Notes under the pieces: model-generated
What the model was told of the DNA's origin: nothing
Seen by the model: the letters and a program-made list of their open reading frames with translations, nothing else
Databases searched by the model: none
In this document: positions 1-10,806 of the stretch, one piece after another
Layout: each line of letters opens with the position of its first letter
How positions within the stretch are numbered: the first letter of the stretch is position 1
Assembly (NCBI GenBank): GCA_964291215.2
Contig: OZ219791.1
Location: 2,848,001 to 2,912,000, forward strand
Direction of reading: 5' to 3'
DNA from: Alphaproteobacteria bacterium
Lineage (GTDB): Bacteria > Pseudomonadota > Alphaproteobacteria > MPNO01 > UBA830
DNA: 64,000 bases
Made by a program: the position numbers and the translations under genes

Positions 1-1293
1 GGTGCGGCGGATGATGTCGATGTCGTGCTCGGGGTCGCAGCGCGATGCCATCGCCCACATCACGTCGTGGACGCTGGTCGGGTCGATGTCGTGGTCGACG
101 ACGACGACGAAGCGGCCGAGATAGTTGGCGGCGTGCGATCCCGCGGTCAGAAGCAGCGCCTGGCGCGCGTGACCGGGATATTTCTGCTCGATGGCGACGA
201 CGTTGAACATGCGGCCGCCGCCGAATTCCATGCTCCAGACGCCATGCACGCCGGGGAGGCCGGCGCGTTCGACGTCGTCCCAGATCATCGCCGCCTTCAC
301 GGTGCACTTGGAGAACGAATAGTCCGACGGTGGGCGGCCGGGGCGGGCCATGGTGTGGATCGGGTTGTCGCGGTGATAGACACGTCGGATCCTGACCGCG
401 TAGTCCTCCCGTTCGGCGCTGGCGTAGTAGCCGGTCCACTCACCGAAGGGGCCCTCGATCCGCTTCTCGTCGGGCATGATCTCGCCCTCGAGAACGATCT
501 CTGCCGCCGCCGCCATCGGCAGCCCGTGCAGCTCGGTATTGGTGATCTCGAACGGTATGCCGCGATGGCCGCCGGCGTGCGAGAACTCCGGCGTGCCCCA
601 GTGGACCTCGTTCGCGGCCGAAAGAAACAGAAGCGGATCCTGGCCGACGCTGATGGCTACCGGGCAGGGCTCGCCTTTCGCAAAGTACTTGTCACGGATC
701 TGGCGTCCGTGCTTGCCCGGCGACATCCACAGCCCGACGGTGTTCTTGTCGTGCACCATGACGCGGTAGGTTCCGAGATTGACCCAGCCGCTCTCGGGGT
801 CGCGGATGGTGACGAGGTCGGCTGTCCCGAAATACCGCCCGCCATCCTCTTCATGAAGTAGCGGAACCGGAAACTTGTAGAGGTCGACGGCGTCATCGCG
901 GTCGATGTTCTCCATGACCGGGCCGGTGTTGCGCTCCTGCGGCGGGATGATCTCGAACTCTTTCAGGCGGTTGCGGTAGCTCTGCACAACGTCGAGCGGG
1001 CTCTCGGGCTTCGGAAAGCCGAGGGTCATGGCGAGCCGGTTCATGGAATTGGTCGCGCCCGAAAGCACGCTGTATTCGGGCCCGTAATTCGGAATGTTCT
1101 CGAACAGGATGGCCGGCGGGTTGTCGGGCTTGGCGTGGTAGATCATCTCGGCGACCGACCCCATCTCGAGGTTCCAGTCGACGCCGTCGACGCGGATCAG
1201 TTCGCCGAGTTCCTCGGCGCGCCCGATCCATTCCCGGAGGTCCTCGTGGGGTTTCTCATATTCGCCGTAAGCCTTCGTGCTCCGCGCCGTCAT
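1..1293 (-). CDS. UbiD-family (prFMN-dependent) decarboxylase; 3' end runs off the window
   Basis: Not in the ORF track; translated by hand: MTARSTKAYGEYEKPHEDLREWIGRAEELGELIRVDGVDWNLEMG...DGGRYFGT...NLGTYRVMVH...EIVLEGEI...EGPFGEWTGYY (UbiD motifs). GGAGAG RBS upstream of ATG 1293. Confidence 0.93.
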   Translation of the reverse strand, partial: MTARSTKAYGEYEKPHEDLREWIGRAEELGELIRVDGVDWNLEMGSVAEMIYHAKPDNPPAILFENIPNYGPEYSVLSGATNSMNRLAMTLGFPKPESPLDVVQSYRNRLKEFEIIPPQERNTGPVMENIDRDDAVDLYKFPVPLLHEEDGGRYFGTADLVTIRDPESGWVNLGTYRVMVHDKNTVGLWMSPGKHGRQIRDKYFAKGEPCPVAISVGQDPLLFLSAANEVHWGTPEFSHAGGHRGIPFEITNTELHGLPMAAAAEIVLEGEIMPDEKRIEGPFGEWTGYYASAEREDYAVRIRRVYHRDNPIHTMARPGRPPSDYSFSKCTVKAAMIWDDVERAGLPGVHGVWSMEFGGGRMFNVVAIEQKYPGHARQALLLTAGSHAANYLGRFVVVVDHDIDPTSVHDVMWAMASRCDPEHDIDIIRRT

Positions 1294-1454
1294 CCTGCTC
1301 TCCGTCAACCTGTCCCTGCCGGGGCCGACCCTGCGCCCGATGCCGCGGGGATCCGCCAAACGCGTTCGGCGCACCAGCAAGGGGTGTTCGTGGAGCGCTA
1401 CGGGGATGAAACCGTTCGGTGCGTCGGGGTGATATAGGAGCGCAACATATGCGC

Positions 1455-3131
1455 TCAGTCGGGTGCCGTCAAAATTTCGCGGCCGTAATCGCGCCGGGCG
1501 CCGTTCAGTGAAACATAGCCTTCCGCGATGTCGCGGCGCAGCGCGTCGGAATCGCGCCGGCCGGCATCGCCATAACCGCCTCCGCCTGCCGTCCTGAGGC
1601 TGAAGCGGGTGCCGGGGCCGAAATCGTCGCGGAACGATGACGGGCAACGGCGCTCGCCGCAGGTGTCGGGATCGATGACGAAGCCGCTGGTGGCGCCGTT
1701 GCCGCCGCCGGCGAGGCCGCTTGGCGCGACGGCGGCACGGTCACCGCGATAGACGACACTGGCGTGGTCGAGCAGTTCGTAGTCGCGCCTGAAGGCGAGA
1801 CCGCCGCGGAACTCGCCGGCACCACCGGAATCGGTGATCGGCTCGTAGCGGGTCACGCGGCAGGGGAATTCCGATTCGACGATCTCGATCGGCGTGCTGT
1901 AGAGATTGGCAAGATGGGTGGTCACGCCGGTCGCCCCGTCCTGTCCGCGGCCGGCACCATAGGCCGAGCCAAAGATCTCATACTGGTTCCCGCGGCCCGG
2001 CTGCCGATCTCGCCATGCCATGACGATGCTGCCGCCGCTGCCGCCGGCATTCGCGATCGCACGGCCGGGGATGAACGGGTCAAGGGCCTGCAGGATGACG
2101 TCCACGAGCTTGTGGCAGGTCTTCATGTATGACGAGCACGGCGCGGGCGGTTCGGGGCTGACGATCGATCGCGGCGCGAAGGTGAGGTCCACGAGATTCC
2201 GCGCCGCGTCACTGTAGGGAATCTCAGGATCGAGAAACCCCATGAGGCAGTAGAAGCAGCAGGATTCGACCATGGCAATGCGCAGGTTGGCCGGCCCCCG
2301 GGTTTGGGGTGCGCATCCCGAAAAGTTGAAACCGAGCCTTCCGTCTTCCGCCGTGATCGCGACATGGAGGCGCACGCGGGTTTGGCCGATGCCGTCATTG
2401 TCGAGGAAGCCCTCGGCTTCGTGCCGGCCTTCGGGAAGGCGCTGCATGGCCGACCGAAAGCTGCGCGCCGATGCGTCGATAACGGCTCCGATGGCGGCAA
2501 CAACAACGCTGGCGCCGAACTGTGTGCACAGCGCCTGAAGGCGTTCCCGGCCCTTGCCGATGACGCCGATCTGGGCATGCATGTCGCCGAGCACGAGATC
2601 GGGCGCACGTGAATTGGCCGCGATCACGCGCTCGAGACCGCGGTTTGGCGCGGCGCCGCGGGTGATCCGCACGGGCGGCAGCAGCAGGCCTTCCTGGAAC
2701 AGCTCCGTCGCCTGTCCCCAGGTACTGCCCGGCACCGCGCCGCCCATGTCGGCCTTGTGGGCGATGCTTGCGGTAAACGCTACGAGCTCCCCGTCGTGGA
2801 AGACCGGCGCCGCGAACGCCATGTCGGGCACGTGCGGGAGGTTGCCCTCGTAGGGATGGTTGCAGACGAAGACATCGCCGTTTGCGAGTCCGTCCATGCC
2901 GTAGAGGTCGAAGATGCGCTGTATGAGATGGTAGTAGACCGGGCCGTGGAAGAACATGGGCGGTGCCACGGCGAGGCGGCCATTGCGGTCGGTGATGACG
3001 CAGCTGAAATCTCGCGACTCGCGCACGATCGTGGAATATCCCGACCGGTAGAAGCGGTAGTCCATCTCCTCCATCACGCTCGCGATGCGGTTGCGGACGA
3101 TCTGGACGGTAACAATATCCGGGGCAGCCAT
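1455..3131 (-). CDS. Hydantoinase B/oxoprolinase family protein
   Basis: SGYSTIVRESRDFS, NHPYEGNLPHVPD, AHKADMGGAVPGS, DSGGAGEFRGG, TAGGGGYG motifs; start placed at MAAPDIVT (3131). Confidence 0.92.
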   Translation of the reverse strand: MAAPDIVTVQIVRNRIASVMEEMDYRFYRSGYSTIVRESRDFSCVITDRNGRLAVAPPMFFHGPVYYHLIQRIFDLYGMDGLANGDVFVCNHPYEGNLPHVPDMAFAAPVFHDGELVAFTASIAHKADMGGAVPGSTWGQATELFQEGLLLPPVRITRGAAPNRGLERVIAANSRAPDLVLGDMHAQIGVIGKGRERLQALCTQFGASVVVAAIGAVIDASARSFRSAMQRLPEGRHEAEGFLDNDGIGQTRVRLHVAITAEDGRLGFNFSGCAPQTRGPANLRIAMVESCCFYCLMGFLDPEIPYSDAARNLVDLTFAPRSIVSPEPPAPCSSYMKTCHKLVDVILQALDPFIPGRAIANAGGSGGSIVMAWRDRQPGRGNQYEIFGSAYGAGRGQDGATGVTTHLANLYSTPIEIVESEFPCRVTRYEPITDSGGAGEFRGGLAFRRDYELLDHASVVYRGDRAAVAPSGLAGGGNGATSGFVIDPDTCGERRCPSSFRDDFGPGTRFSLRTAGGGGYGDAGRRDSDALRRDIAEGYVSLNGARRDYGREILTAPD

Positions 3132-3248
3132 GGCCGCGACAGGATAGGCGGCGCACCGGTGGTGGCAACATGCGCTCGAGGCCATGGGCGCTTATACTGC
3201 GCGTGCGGTCGGCGTGACCAGCCGTAGTCGTCCGGCGGGGGAAGGATC

Positions 3249-5579
3249 GTGGGGGAATACGGAATTAACCAGTCTGTTCGGCGCTTCGAGGACGCGCGCT
3301 TGCTCACTGGCGGCGGTGACTATGTCGCCGACGGGAATGCGCACGGCCAACTCCACGGCTTCATGGTGCGCTCGCCGTACGGCCATGCCGCGATCCGGAA
3401 CATCGACGCCGCCGCGGCGTTGGCGGCGCCCGGCGTGGCGGCTGTCGTCACCGGACAGGATTATGCGGATCTCGGCTGGGGACCAATTCCGCATGTCGGT
3501 CCGGCGGTGAAGCGCCGGGGCGGTGCCGACCTTGCCGTCCCCGAGTTCTGGCCGGTGGCGGTCGACCGCGTCCGCATGGTCGGGGAGGGGGTTGCCTTCA
3601 TTGTTGCCGAGACGGTGGATCAGGCGCGCGACGCAGGCGAGCTGGTCGGGATCAAGTACGAACAGCTGCCCGTGGTATCGGGGGCCGAACCAGCGCTTGC
3701 CGCCGGCACATCTGTGCTCTGGCCCGCGATCGGGGACAACGAGGCGCTGGTCCACGAGATCGGTGACCGTGCGGCGACGGACGCGGCGTTCGCCGCCGCC
3801 CATTATGTGGTCGCACGCCGCTTCGACATCAGCCGCGTGCTCGCGAACGCGATGGAGCCTCGGGCCTGTCTGGCGGCCTGGGACGGCCGTGCCGACCGCT
3901 ACACGCTGCGGGCCCCTGTACAGCATCCGTGGATGGTACGCCGCATCTTGGCGGCGAGGATCCTCGGTGTCGACGAACTGCAGGTGCGCGTGATCACGCC
4001 CGATGTCGGCGGCAGTTTCGGGATCAGGTCAAACATCTATCCCGAGTATCTCGCGGCACTCGCGGCATCGCGGCTGACGGGGCGTCCGGTCAAGTGGACG
4101 GGCGACCGGAGCGAGGGCTTTGTCAGTGACTACCACGGCCGCGACAACATCGCCGAGGCGGCGCTGGCGCTTGACGCGGAAGGCGGGTTTCTCGGTTTTC
4201 GGCTCAGGAACCTGGTCGATATAGGCGCCTATTTTTCACCGATGGGCGCCGGCCCGGCGACCAACAACCTCGGGACGCTGTCCGGGGTCTACACGACCCC
4301 GGCCTCGCACGTCGAAGTCGTCGGCGTCTTCACCAACAGCCATCCGACGGCTCCCTACCGCGGAGCCGGGCGCCCGGAAGCGGCCTACATCATCGAATGC
4401 CTCGTCGATGAGGCGGCGCGGGAACTCGACTTCGATCCGGTGGAATTGCGGCGCCACAACATCATTCCGCCGTCTGGGATGCCATTCAAAACGGCACTGA
4501 CCTTCAACTACGATTCGGGAGAATTCGAGAAGAACATGGACGATGCAGTGCGGCTCGTGGACCGTGAGGGCTTTCCGGCGCGGCGTGCGGCGTCCGAGGT
4601 GTCCGGGCGGCTGCGCGGGCTCGGTTTTGCCTACGCCATAGAGCGGGCAGCTCCGCCGGGCCTTGAGGCTGCGGAGATCCGCTTCGATCCGGGCGGCACG
4701 GTGACTGTGCTCTCCGGCACGACGCAGCAGGGTCAGGGCCATGTGACGATGTACACGCAGCTGCTCTGCGGCTGGCTGGGGATCGAGCCGGACCGGGTGC
4801 GGGTGGTCCAGGGCGATACTGACCGGCTGGCTTTCGGCCAGGGGGCAGGCGGGTCGCGGTCGTCGGCAATGGGGACAGCGGCGCTCCAGATGGCGAAGGA
4901 CAAGGTCATTGCCAAGGGGTGCGAACTTGCGGCCCATCTTCTTGAGGCGGCCGTCGACGACATCGTCTTTGCTGATGGAGAATTCACGGTTGCGGGGACC
5001 GACCGTTCCCTGCCACTTGGCGAGATTGTCCGGGTGGCGTTCAGTCCGGGTAGCCTGCCCGACGGGATCGAGCCGGGCCTTTCGGCGCACGCCGTCTACA
5101 GGGGGTCGGTGGCGAGCTATCCGAACGGGTGTCACGCCTGTGAGGTCGAGATTGATCCCGAGACCGGCGCCGTGGAGCTGTTGCAGTATGTGGTGGTCGA
5201 TGATTTCGGAACGGTGCTGAATCCGCTCATGGTCAAGGGCCAGGTCCATGGCGGGGTCGCCCAGGGCCTCGGGCAGATCACCCTGGAGAACGCCGTCTAT
5301 GACGTCGACGGACAGTTGCTGACAGCGTCGTTCATGGATTACGGAATGCCTCGGGCCGATGATATGTCCGGTTTTGCGGTAGTCACCAATCCGGTGCCGA
5401 CGGCAGCGAACCCCCTTGGTGTCAAAGGTGCCGGCGAGGCGGGAACGGTCGGCGCCATGCCCTGCGTCATGAACGCAATCAGGGATGCGCTGACATCTGC
5501 CGGTGCGGAAGCTCTCGACATGCCGGCGACGCCGGCCCGCGTCTGGTCAGCCATTCAGGCCGCGAAGGACACCGGATAG
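3249..5579 (+). CDS. Xanthine dehydrogenase-family molybdopterin-binding large subunit (form II CoxL-like)
   Basis: 776 aa; RSPYGHA, GGSFG, PYRGAGRPEA, GQVHGGVAQG, GVKGAGEAG; lacks the form I AYxCSFR motif. Confidence 0.93.
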   Translation: MGEYGINQSVRRFEDARLLTGGGDYVADGNAHGQLHGFMVRSPYGHAAIRNIDAAAALAAPGVAAVVTGQDYADLGWGPIPHVGPAVKRRGGADLAVPEFWPVAVDRVRMVGEGVAFIVAETVDQARDAGELVGIKYEQLPVVSGAEPALAAGTSVLWPAIGDNEALVHEIGDRAATDAAFAAAHYVVARRFDISRVLANAMEPRACLAAWDGRADRYTLRAPVQHPWMVRRILAARILGVDELQVRVITPDVGGSFGIRSNIYPEYLAALAASRLTGRPVKWTGDRSEGFVSDYHGRDNIAEAALALDAEGGFLGFRLRNLVDIGAYFSPMGAGPATNNLGTLSGVYTTPASHVEVVGVFTNSHPTAPYRGAGRPEAAYIIECLVDEAARELDFDPVELRRHNIIPPSGMPFKTALTFNYDSGEFEKNMDDAVRLVDREGFPARRAASEVSGRLRGLGFAYAIERAAPPGLEAAEIRFDPGGTVTVLSGTTQQGQGHVTMYTQLLCGWLGIEPDRVRVVQGDTDRLAFGQGAGGSRSSAMGTAALQMAKDKVIAKGCELAAHLLEAAVDDIVFADGEFTVAGTDRSLPLGEIVRVAFSPGSLPDGIEPGLSAHAVYRGSVASYPNGCHACEVEIDPETGAVELLQYVVVDDFGTVLNPLMVKGQVHGGVAQGLGQITLENAVYDVDGQLLTASFMDYGMPRADDMSGFAVVTNPVPTAANPLGVKGAGEAGTVGAMPCVMNAIRDALTSAGAEALDMPATPARVWSAIQAAKDTG

Positions 5580-5703
5580 AGAACTCGTTCCGATCCGACG
5601 CGGCCCGGATTTCGGGTGTGTGCCATGCCACGGCGAATCTGCCGTGGTCGATTCCGTCCTTCAGGCAACCGTGCCGGCAAGTGTCATCGGATTTTGCATC
5701 CGG

Positions 5704-6477
5704 TCAGTGCATCTGCTGTCCGCCGTCCACATTGAGCGTCTGGCCGGAAATGAAGTCGCTTCCGGGCGAGAGCAGGAACATGACGGCGCCTACCAGGTCC
5801 TCGGGATACTGATGGCGCTGGATGCAGCGGTCCTCCGGCGGCGCATTGGTCCGGGCATATTCTCCGGACGAGGCGACTTGGGTATCCGAGAGCGTGAAGC
5901 CCGGCGTGATCGCATTGACGCAGATGTTTTCGGGTCCGACTTCCCGCGCCAGCGATCTCGTGAGGCCGATGACACCCGCCTTCGACGTCGAGTAGTGAAG
6001 GCGGTTGGGTGCGCCGTTCCAGAACCGGCCTGACGAGATATTGATGATCTTGCCGCCGCCCTGCTCCTTCATGTAGGGAAACACGGCCTTGCAGCACATG
6101 AAGATGCCGCGCAGATTCACTTCCATTACCCGGTCCCACTCGTCGCCGGGTATGAGCTTCCAGTCGCGGCGCTCGAGGACGCTCATCAGCGAGGCGTTGT
6201 TCACGAGGCCGTCGATGCGGCCGAACGCCTCGGCGACCGTCCGCGCCATTTCGGCGGTCTGCCGTTCGTCGGCGACATCGGCCGTTGCCGTGATTGCCTC
6301 ACCGCCGGCTTCCCTGATCTCGGCAACCGTATCCTCGTTGGCGTCGTGGTCGATATCGGCGGCCACCACCCTGGCTCCGGCCCTGGCCAGTTCACGGCAA
6401 TAGACCCGTCCGATTCCCTTTCCCCCGCCGGTCACGATGACGACGCGTCCCTCGATGCTAAGCAGGTACTGGCTCAT
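5704..6477 (-). CDS. Short-chain dehydrogenase/reductase (SDR)
   Basis: TGGGKGIG, NNAS, YSTSK catalytic motif, SGQTLNVDGG. Confidence 0.93.
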   Translation of the reverse strand: MSQYLLSIEGRVVIVTGGGKGIGRVYCRELARAGARVVAADIDHDANEDTVAEIREAGGEAITATADVADERQTAEMARTVAEAFGRIDGLVNNASLMSVLERRDWKLIPGDEWDRVMEVNLRGIFMCCKAVFPYMKEQGGGKIINISSGRFWNGAPNRLHYSTSKAGVIGLTRSLAREVGPENICVNAITPGFTLSDTQVASSGEYARTNAPPEDRCIQRHQYPEDLVGAVMFLLSPGSDFISGQTLNVDGGQQMH

Positions 6478-6789
6478 ATACGGCGATTCCTTCGCTGATT
6501 CTGGTCCGGGAGAGTCCTTGGTCGGTGGAACGGACACTGTGCGTGGGGTCCATGGTTGTCAAGCTGGGCGAATGGTTGCTTGCCCTCACCATAATCCCAC
6601 AGTCCTGTTGGGTGGCGATCACGAGCTGCTCGCCCGATCGCTGCCTTGCGCCCGTTTCGCGGTGACGGGAGAAGGCGGGTCGGCTGGAGGATCATCCGGA
6701 ACTGGCCGAGGTTCCGGAAGGACACGGAATCGGCCGGAGCGTGCAGGTGCATGGCGGGATGACCGAGGCGGATGGAGCGTTCTGTGAGC

Positions 6790-6950
6790 GGGTGCCTTTG
6801 GCGGCCGGCAGGTCACCGCTGGCGAAGCGGATGCCGGAGGTTGTGAATGCTCGTATTGTCGAACTCCGTCTGGACCCCGATGTGCCACCCGGGATTCTGC
6901 AGATCCGGGGATTGACGGCCAGAGCCTGGTCTCCCCGCGGGAGGGAGTTC
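6790..6950 (-). pseudogene. Tyrosine recombinase (phage integrase) C-terminal relic
   Basis: Minus strand reads PDLQNPGWHIGVQTEFDNTSIHNLRH/(frameshift)FAS, resembling the integrase box II 'RIHDLRHxFAS'. Confidence 0.5.
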
Positions 6951-6961
6951 CGACGACCGCA

Positions 6962-7182
6962 CCACTGACGGCATCCACGATGATCCCACGCTGCTAATCC
7001 GGCGACGACTGGCGAGATTTTCTCAGTTTGCGTCGCGCTGCAATCGTGCCGCCAAGGCTTGATGGGGCCTTCTTGGCACGAAAATTTCGATCAAGGAGGC
7101 GATCTGTGATGACGCGAGCTCCAACGCATTCGGATTTCGCGTCTCCGAATTAGCATGGGATTGTCGTGGACGGCATCGGTGG
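6962..7182. mobile_element. MITE-like relic with ~40-bp imperfect terminal inverted repeats
   Basis: 6962-7007 ccactgacggcatccacgatgatccca..tgctaatccggcgacg is an imperfect inverted repeat of 7140-7182 cgtctccgaattagcatgggattgtcgtggacggcatcggtgg; internal AAGGAGG plus ATG with no long ORF. Confidence 0.5.
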
Positions 7183-7261
7183 AATATTGCAGTCCGGCAC
7201 ATCGCCATCTATTTCTAACAGCGCAGCTTCCAGCTGCCGCCCGCCCCTCTTGAGAAGGCTC

Positions 7262-8542
7262 ATGGTCCGGCCACTTCATGAACTGTCGGCCACGGAAATA
7301 GCTGAAGGCGTCCGATCCGGCGCGTTCTGCGCGGAAGCCGTGGCCGAGTCCTGCCTCGAGTGGATTTCGATCCGCGATGGCGCGGTCATGGCTTGGGAAT
7401 TCCTCGACCCCGAACTGGTGCACCGGCAGGCGCGCGCGATCGACGCGTCGAAGCACGTGGGGGCGATGGCCGGCGTGCCGGTCGGCATCAAGGACATCAT
7501 CGACACGTCCGAGATGCCCACGGAGATGGGCTCGCCGATATACGCGGCCAACCGGCCGGAAAGGGATGCGGACTGCGTTGCCCTGCTGCGCGCGGCGGGT
7601 GCGGTAATCGTCGGCAAGACGGTCACCTGCGAATTCGCCGGCCTTGCCCCCGGCAAGACCGCCAATCCGCATGATCCGGGCTGCAGTCCCGGAGGATCGT
7701 CGAGTGGTTCCGCTGCTGCGGTGGCCGACCGGATGGTGCCGGTTGCTCTCGGGACCCAGACCGGCGGATCCGTCATCCGCCCATCGTCCTATTGCGGCAT
7801 TGTTGGCTACAAGCCGAGTTTTGGAACATTCAGCCTTGCCGGGGTGTTTCCCGCTGCGCCGAGCCTCGATACGCTCGGCCTTCATGCACGGACAATTGAC
7901 GACCTCGATCTTGTGGCTTCGGTGCTGACCGGTCGCAGTGCAGGGCCTGCGGTTCCGCCCGCCAAGCCGCCGGAGATCGGCGTGGTACGGACCTGGTTGT
8001 GGGACGAAGCAGAGCCGGAAACCCGGCGCGCCGTCGAGAGCGCCGCGCGGCGGCTTGAGGCTTCCGGGGCCGGTGTCCCGGATGTGGAACTTTCCGGAGA
8101 ATTTCGCGAGCTAGCCGAGGTCCGCGGCATCATCAACGCCGTGGAAAGAGCTGCGACGCTCAAGGACGCCTGGGCCGGCGATCGCGAACGGATCTCCGCC
8201 GGAATGCAGAAGACCATCGAGGAAGGCCTTGCGGTTTCGCAGTCGGAGTATAAGGACGCGCTGCGGCTCATGGAGGCCTGCCGGAAGGCAAGTGACACGG
8301 CTTTTGGGACCTGCGATGCCTTCCTGACGCCTGCCGTGGACGGCGAGGCGCCAGCGGGGCTCGGCGATACCGGAAGCCCGCGCTTCCAGGCGCTCTGGAC
8401 CATGCTCCGTACGCCGACCGTCACCTTGCCGGCCGGCACCGGGCCCGGAGGATTGCCGGTCGGAATCCAGCTGGTCGCGCGGTACCGTCAGGACGACGTG
8501 CTGCTCGGACTTGTCCGCTGGGCCGAGGAGGTCCTGCGGTGA
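7262..8542 (+). CDS. Amidase-signature family amidase
   Basis: GVPVGIKD, PGGSSSGSAAAVA, GTQTGGSVIRP (Ser-cisSer-Lys triad motifs). Confidence 0.93.
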   Translation: MVRPLHELSATEIAEGVRSGAFCAEAVAESCLEWISIRDGAVMAWEFLDPELVHRQARAIDASKHVGAMAGVPVGIKDIIDTSEMPTEMGSPIYAANRPERDADCVALLRAAGAVIVGKTVTCEFAGLAPGKTANPHDPGCSPGGSSSGSAAAVADRMVPVALGTQTGGSVIRPSSYCGIVGYKPSFGTFSLAGVFPAAPSLDTLGLHARTIDDLDLVASVLTGRSAGPAVPPAKPPEIGVVRTWLWDEAEPETRRAVESAARRLEASGAGVPDVELSGEFRELAEVRGIINAVERAATLKDAWAGDRERISAGMQKTIEEGLAVSQSEYKDALRLMEACRKASDTAFGTCDAFLTPAVDGEAPAGLGDTGSPRFQALWTMLRTPTVTLPAGTGPGGLPVGIQLVARYRQDDVLLGLVRWAEEVLR

Positions 8543-10800
8543 AAGCACGGGCACAGGATCCTGTCGGCCGGCCTCTACCTCGCCTGGAGGACGGGCCGCT
8601 TCTGGCAGGTGCGGGGACGTTCGCGGCCGACTGGCGGTTTCCCGGCGAGATTCACATGCGCATCGTTCGTTCGGATCGTGCGCATGGCGAACTTCGCGGC
8701 GTCGACATCTGTGCGGCGGAAGGCCTCGACGGCGTGATCGGCGTATGGCGTGCTGCCGATGTCGCCGAAATCCCGCCGATCGGCTTCCGGGCCACAAAGT
8801 ACCAGGGCCTGGAGCCCTACCGGCAGCCGGTTCTGGCGGCGCGCAAGGTGCGCTATGCGGGCGAACCGGTGGCCGCGGTCTTTGCCGAGACCCCGGGCAT
8901 TGCCGAGGACGGTGCGGCCGCGGTAACGATCGATGCGGCCGAAATGCCGCCACTTCTTGACGCAAGCAACCCTCCGGAGGCGTTCGATTCTGGACACAAT
9001 ACCGAGGCGGCCGTCATCCGGAAGGGGTACGGCGATGTCGAGGGCGCTTTCCGCGACGCGCATGACGAGGTTGCGCTCGATCTTGTCGTCGGGCGCCATA
9101 CCGGAGTTCCGCTCGAATGCCGGGGCGGCGTCGCCCGCGTCGATCCCGACACCGGCATTCTGGAGCTCTACGGCGCGACCAAGCGCGCGCATCCCAACCG
9201 GAACCAGATCGCCGCTGCTTTTGGCCGCGAACCCGAAACCGTCAATCTCTTCGAGGGAAATGTCGGCGGCGGATTCGGGATCCGGGGAGAGCTCTACCCC
9301 GAGGACTTCCTGATCTGCGCCGCGGCTCTCCGCTACGACCGTCCCGTCAGATGGATCGAGGATCGCCGCGAACATCTTGCGGCCGTCAACCATTCCCGCC
9401 AGCAGCGCCACCGCATCCGGGCCGCGGTTGACGGGGAAGGACGCATCCTTGCCATCGACAGTGAGTTCTTCCACGACCAGGGCGCGTATCTGCGCACCCA
9501 TGGCGTCCGGGTGCCGGACATGACGGCCGGCCTGATGCTTGGCCCCTACCATGTCCCGGCCTACCGCGTGGCCGGCCACGTCCGCCTGACCAACAAGACG
9601 CCGGCCGCCACCTACCGCTCGCCCGGCCGGTTCGAGGGCACGTTCGTGCGCGAGCGTCTCCTCGACGCCATAGCCGCCCGCGTCGGGGTTTCGCCGGTGG
9701 AGATCCGCGAGCGCAACATGGTGCCCGCCAGCGCCATGCCGCACGCGCGGCCGCTCGACGCGCTCGAAGTCGATGTCGTCCTCGATTCGGGTGATTATGC
9801 GGGCCTCCTCGCCAAGGCCCGGGACGCGATCGGCTGGCCGGCTCTCAACAAGGAGCTTGCAGGACGCCGCGCTGCCGGCGAACGGGTGGGGGCCGGTCTC
9901 GGTTTCTTCGTCGAGAAGTCCGGCCTCGGGCCCACCGACAAGGTCCGCATCGAGATCGACGGGGAGGGACGCATCGAGATCGTTACCGGTGCGGCCGATC
10001 TCGGACAGGGTGTGCAGACGGTCATGGCGCAGATCTGTGCCGCCTCCCTCGGTGTTGACTACGCGTCGCTGAGCGTCGTGCAGGGACGCACCGACCGCAT
10101 CGACGAGGGGTATGGATCCCATGCGTCGCGGACCACGGTGGTGACCGGCGAGGCGGCGAGGCTGGCCACGGAGGCGCTGCGCGAGAAGCTTGCTGCCGTC
10201 GCGGCGCCGCTTCTCCAGGCGGAAACGGACGAGCTGGAGGTCTCGGGCGGCATCGCACGAAAGGACGGGGCGTCGCTCTCCTGGGCGGAGATCGTCCGCC
10301 AGTCCGGGGAGACGCTCATCGCCGCGGAAGGGCGTTACGACACCGATCACATGAACTATCCCTATGGCGTCCACATGGCCGTGGTTTCGGTTGACGGTGA
10401 TACTGGAATCGTCACTGTGGAACGATTCCTCGTCGCCTACGACATCGGCCGCGCCATCAACCCGCTGCTGGTGGCGGGCCAGCTCTCCGGCGGCCTGGCC
10501 CAGGGAATCGGGGGCGCGCTGTTCGAGGAGTTCCTTTATGACGATAGCGGCCAGCCGCTGTCGCTGACTCTGGCCGACTACGTGATGCCGGGGCCGACGG
10601 AAGTGCCGCGGCCCGACATCTTGCTTACCGAGGACGCGCCGAGCCCGCTCAATCCGCTGGGCGTCAAGGGTGCTGGGGAGGGCGGCATCAATGCCGTCGG
10701 CGCTGCCGTGGCGTCGGCCATCGACGATGCGATCGGAAGGCCTGGAGCGGTGACGGAACTGCCGGTGACGCCGCGGCGAATGCTGGAACTGCTGGCTTGA
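8539..10800 (+). CDS. Second xanthine dehydrogenase-family Mo-binding large subunit
   Basis: 753 aa; GGGFGIRGE, TYRSPGRFE, GVKGAGEGG; 4-nt overlap with the amidase stop. Confidence 0.93.
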   Translation: MKARAQDPVGRPLPRLEDGPLLAGAGTFAADWRFPGEIHMRIVRSDRAHGELRGVDICAAEGLDGVIGVWRAADVAEIPPIGFRATKYQGLEPYRQPVLAARKVRYAGEPVAAVFAETPGIAEDGAAAVTIDAAEMPPLLDASNPPEAFDSGHNTEAAVIRKGYGDVEGAFRDAHDEVALDLVVGRHTGVPLECRGGVARVDPDTGILELYGATKRAHPNRNQIAAAFGREPETVNLFEGNVGGGFGIRGELYPEDFLICAAALRYDRPVRWIEDRREHLAAVNHSRQQRHRIRAAVDGEGRILAIDSEFFHDQGAYLRTHGVRVPDMTAGLMLGPYHVPAYRVAGHVRLTNKTPAATYRSPGRFEGTFVRERLLDAIAARVGVSPVEIRERNMVPASAMPHARPLDALEVDVVLDSGDYAGLLAKARDAIGWPALNKELAGRRAAGERVGAGLGFFVEKSGLGPTDKVRIEIDGEGRIEIVTGAADLGQGVQTVMAQICAASLGVDYASLSVVQGRTDRIDEGYGSHASRTTVVTGEAARLATEALREKLAAVAAPLLQAETDELEVSGGIARKDGASLSWAEIVRQSGETLIAAEGRYDTDHMNYPYGVHMAVVSVDGDTGIVTVERFLVAYDIGRAINPLLVAGQLSGGLAQGIGGALFEEFLYDDSGQPLSLTLADYVMPGPTEVPRPDILLTEDAPSPLNPLGVKGAGEGGINAVGAAVASAIDDAIGRPGAVTELPVTPRRMLELLA

Positions 10801-10806
10801 TGGGGC

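Noticed and set aside
25-861. 278-aa plus-strand ORF
   Set aside because: Antisense shadow of the UbiD gene, which carries the family motifs.
3249-5579. True aerobic CO dehydrogenase (coxL form I)
   Set aside because: Active-site loop is YRGAGR rather than AYxCSFR, and no coxMS genes are adjacent.
8575-10374. Long antisense ORFs (also 36857-38395, 51880-53460, 61845-63719)
   Set aside because: Typical high-GC shadow frames opposite well-supported genes.
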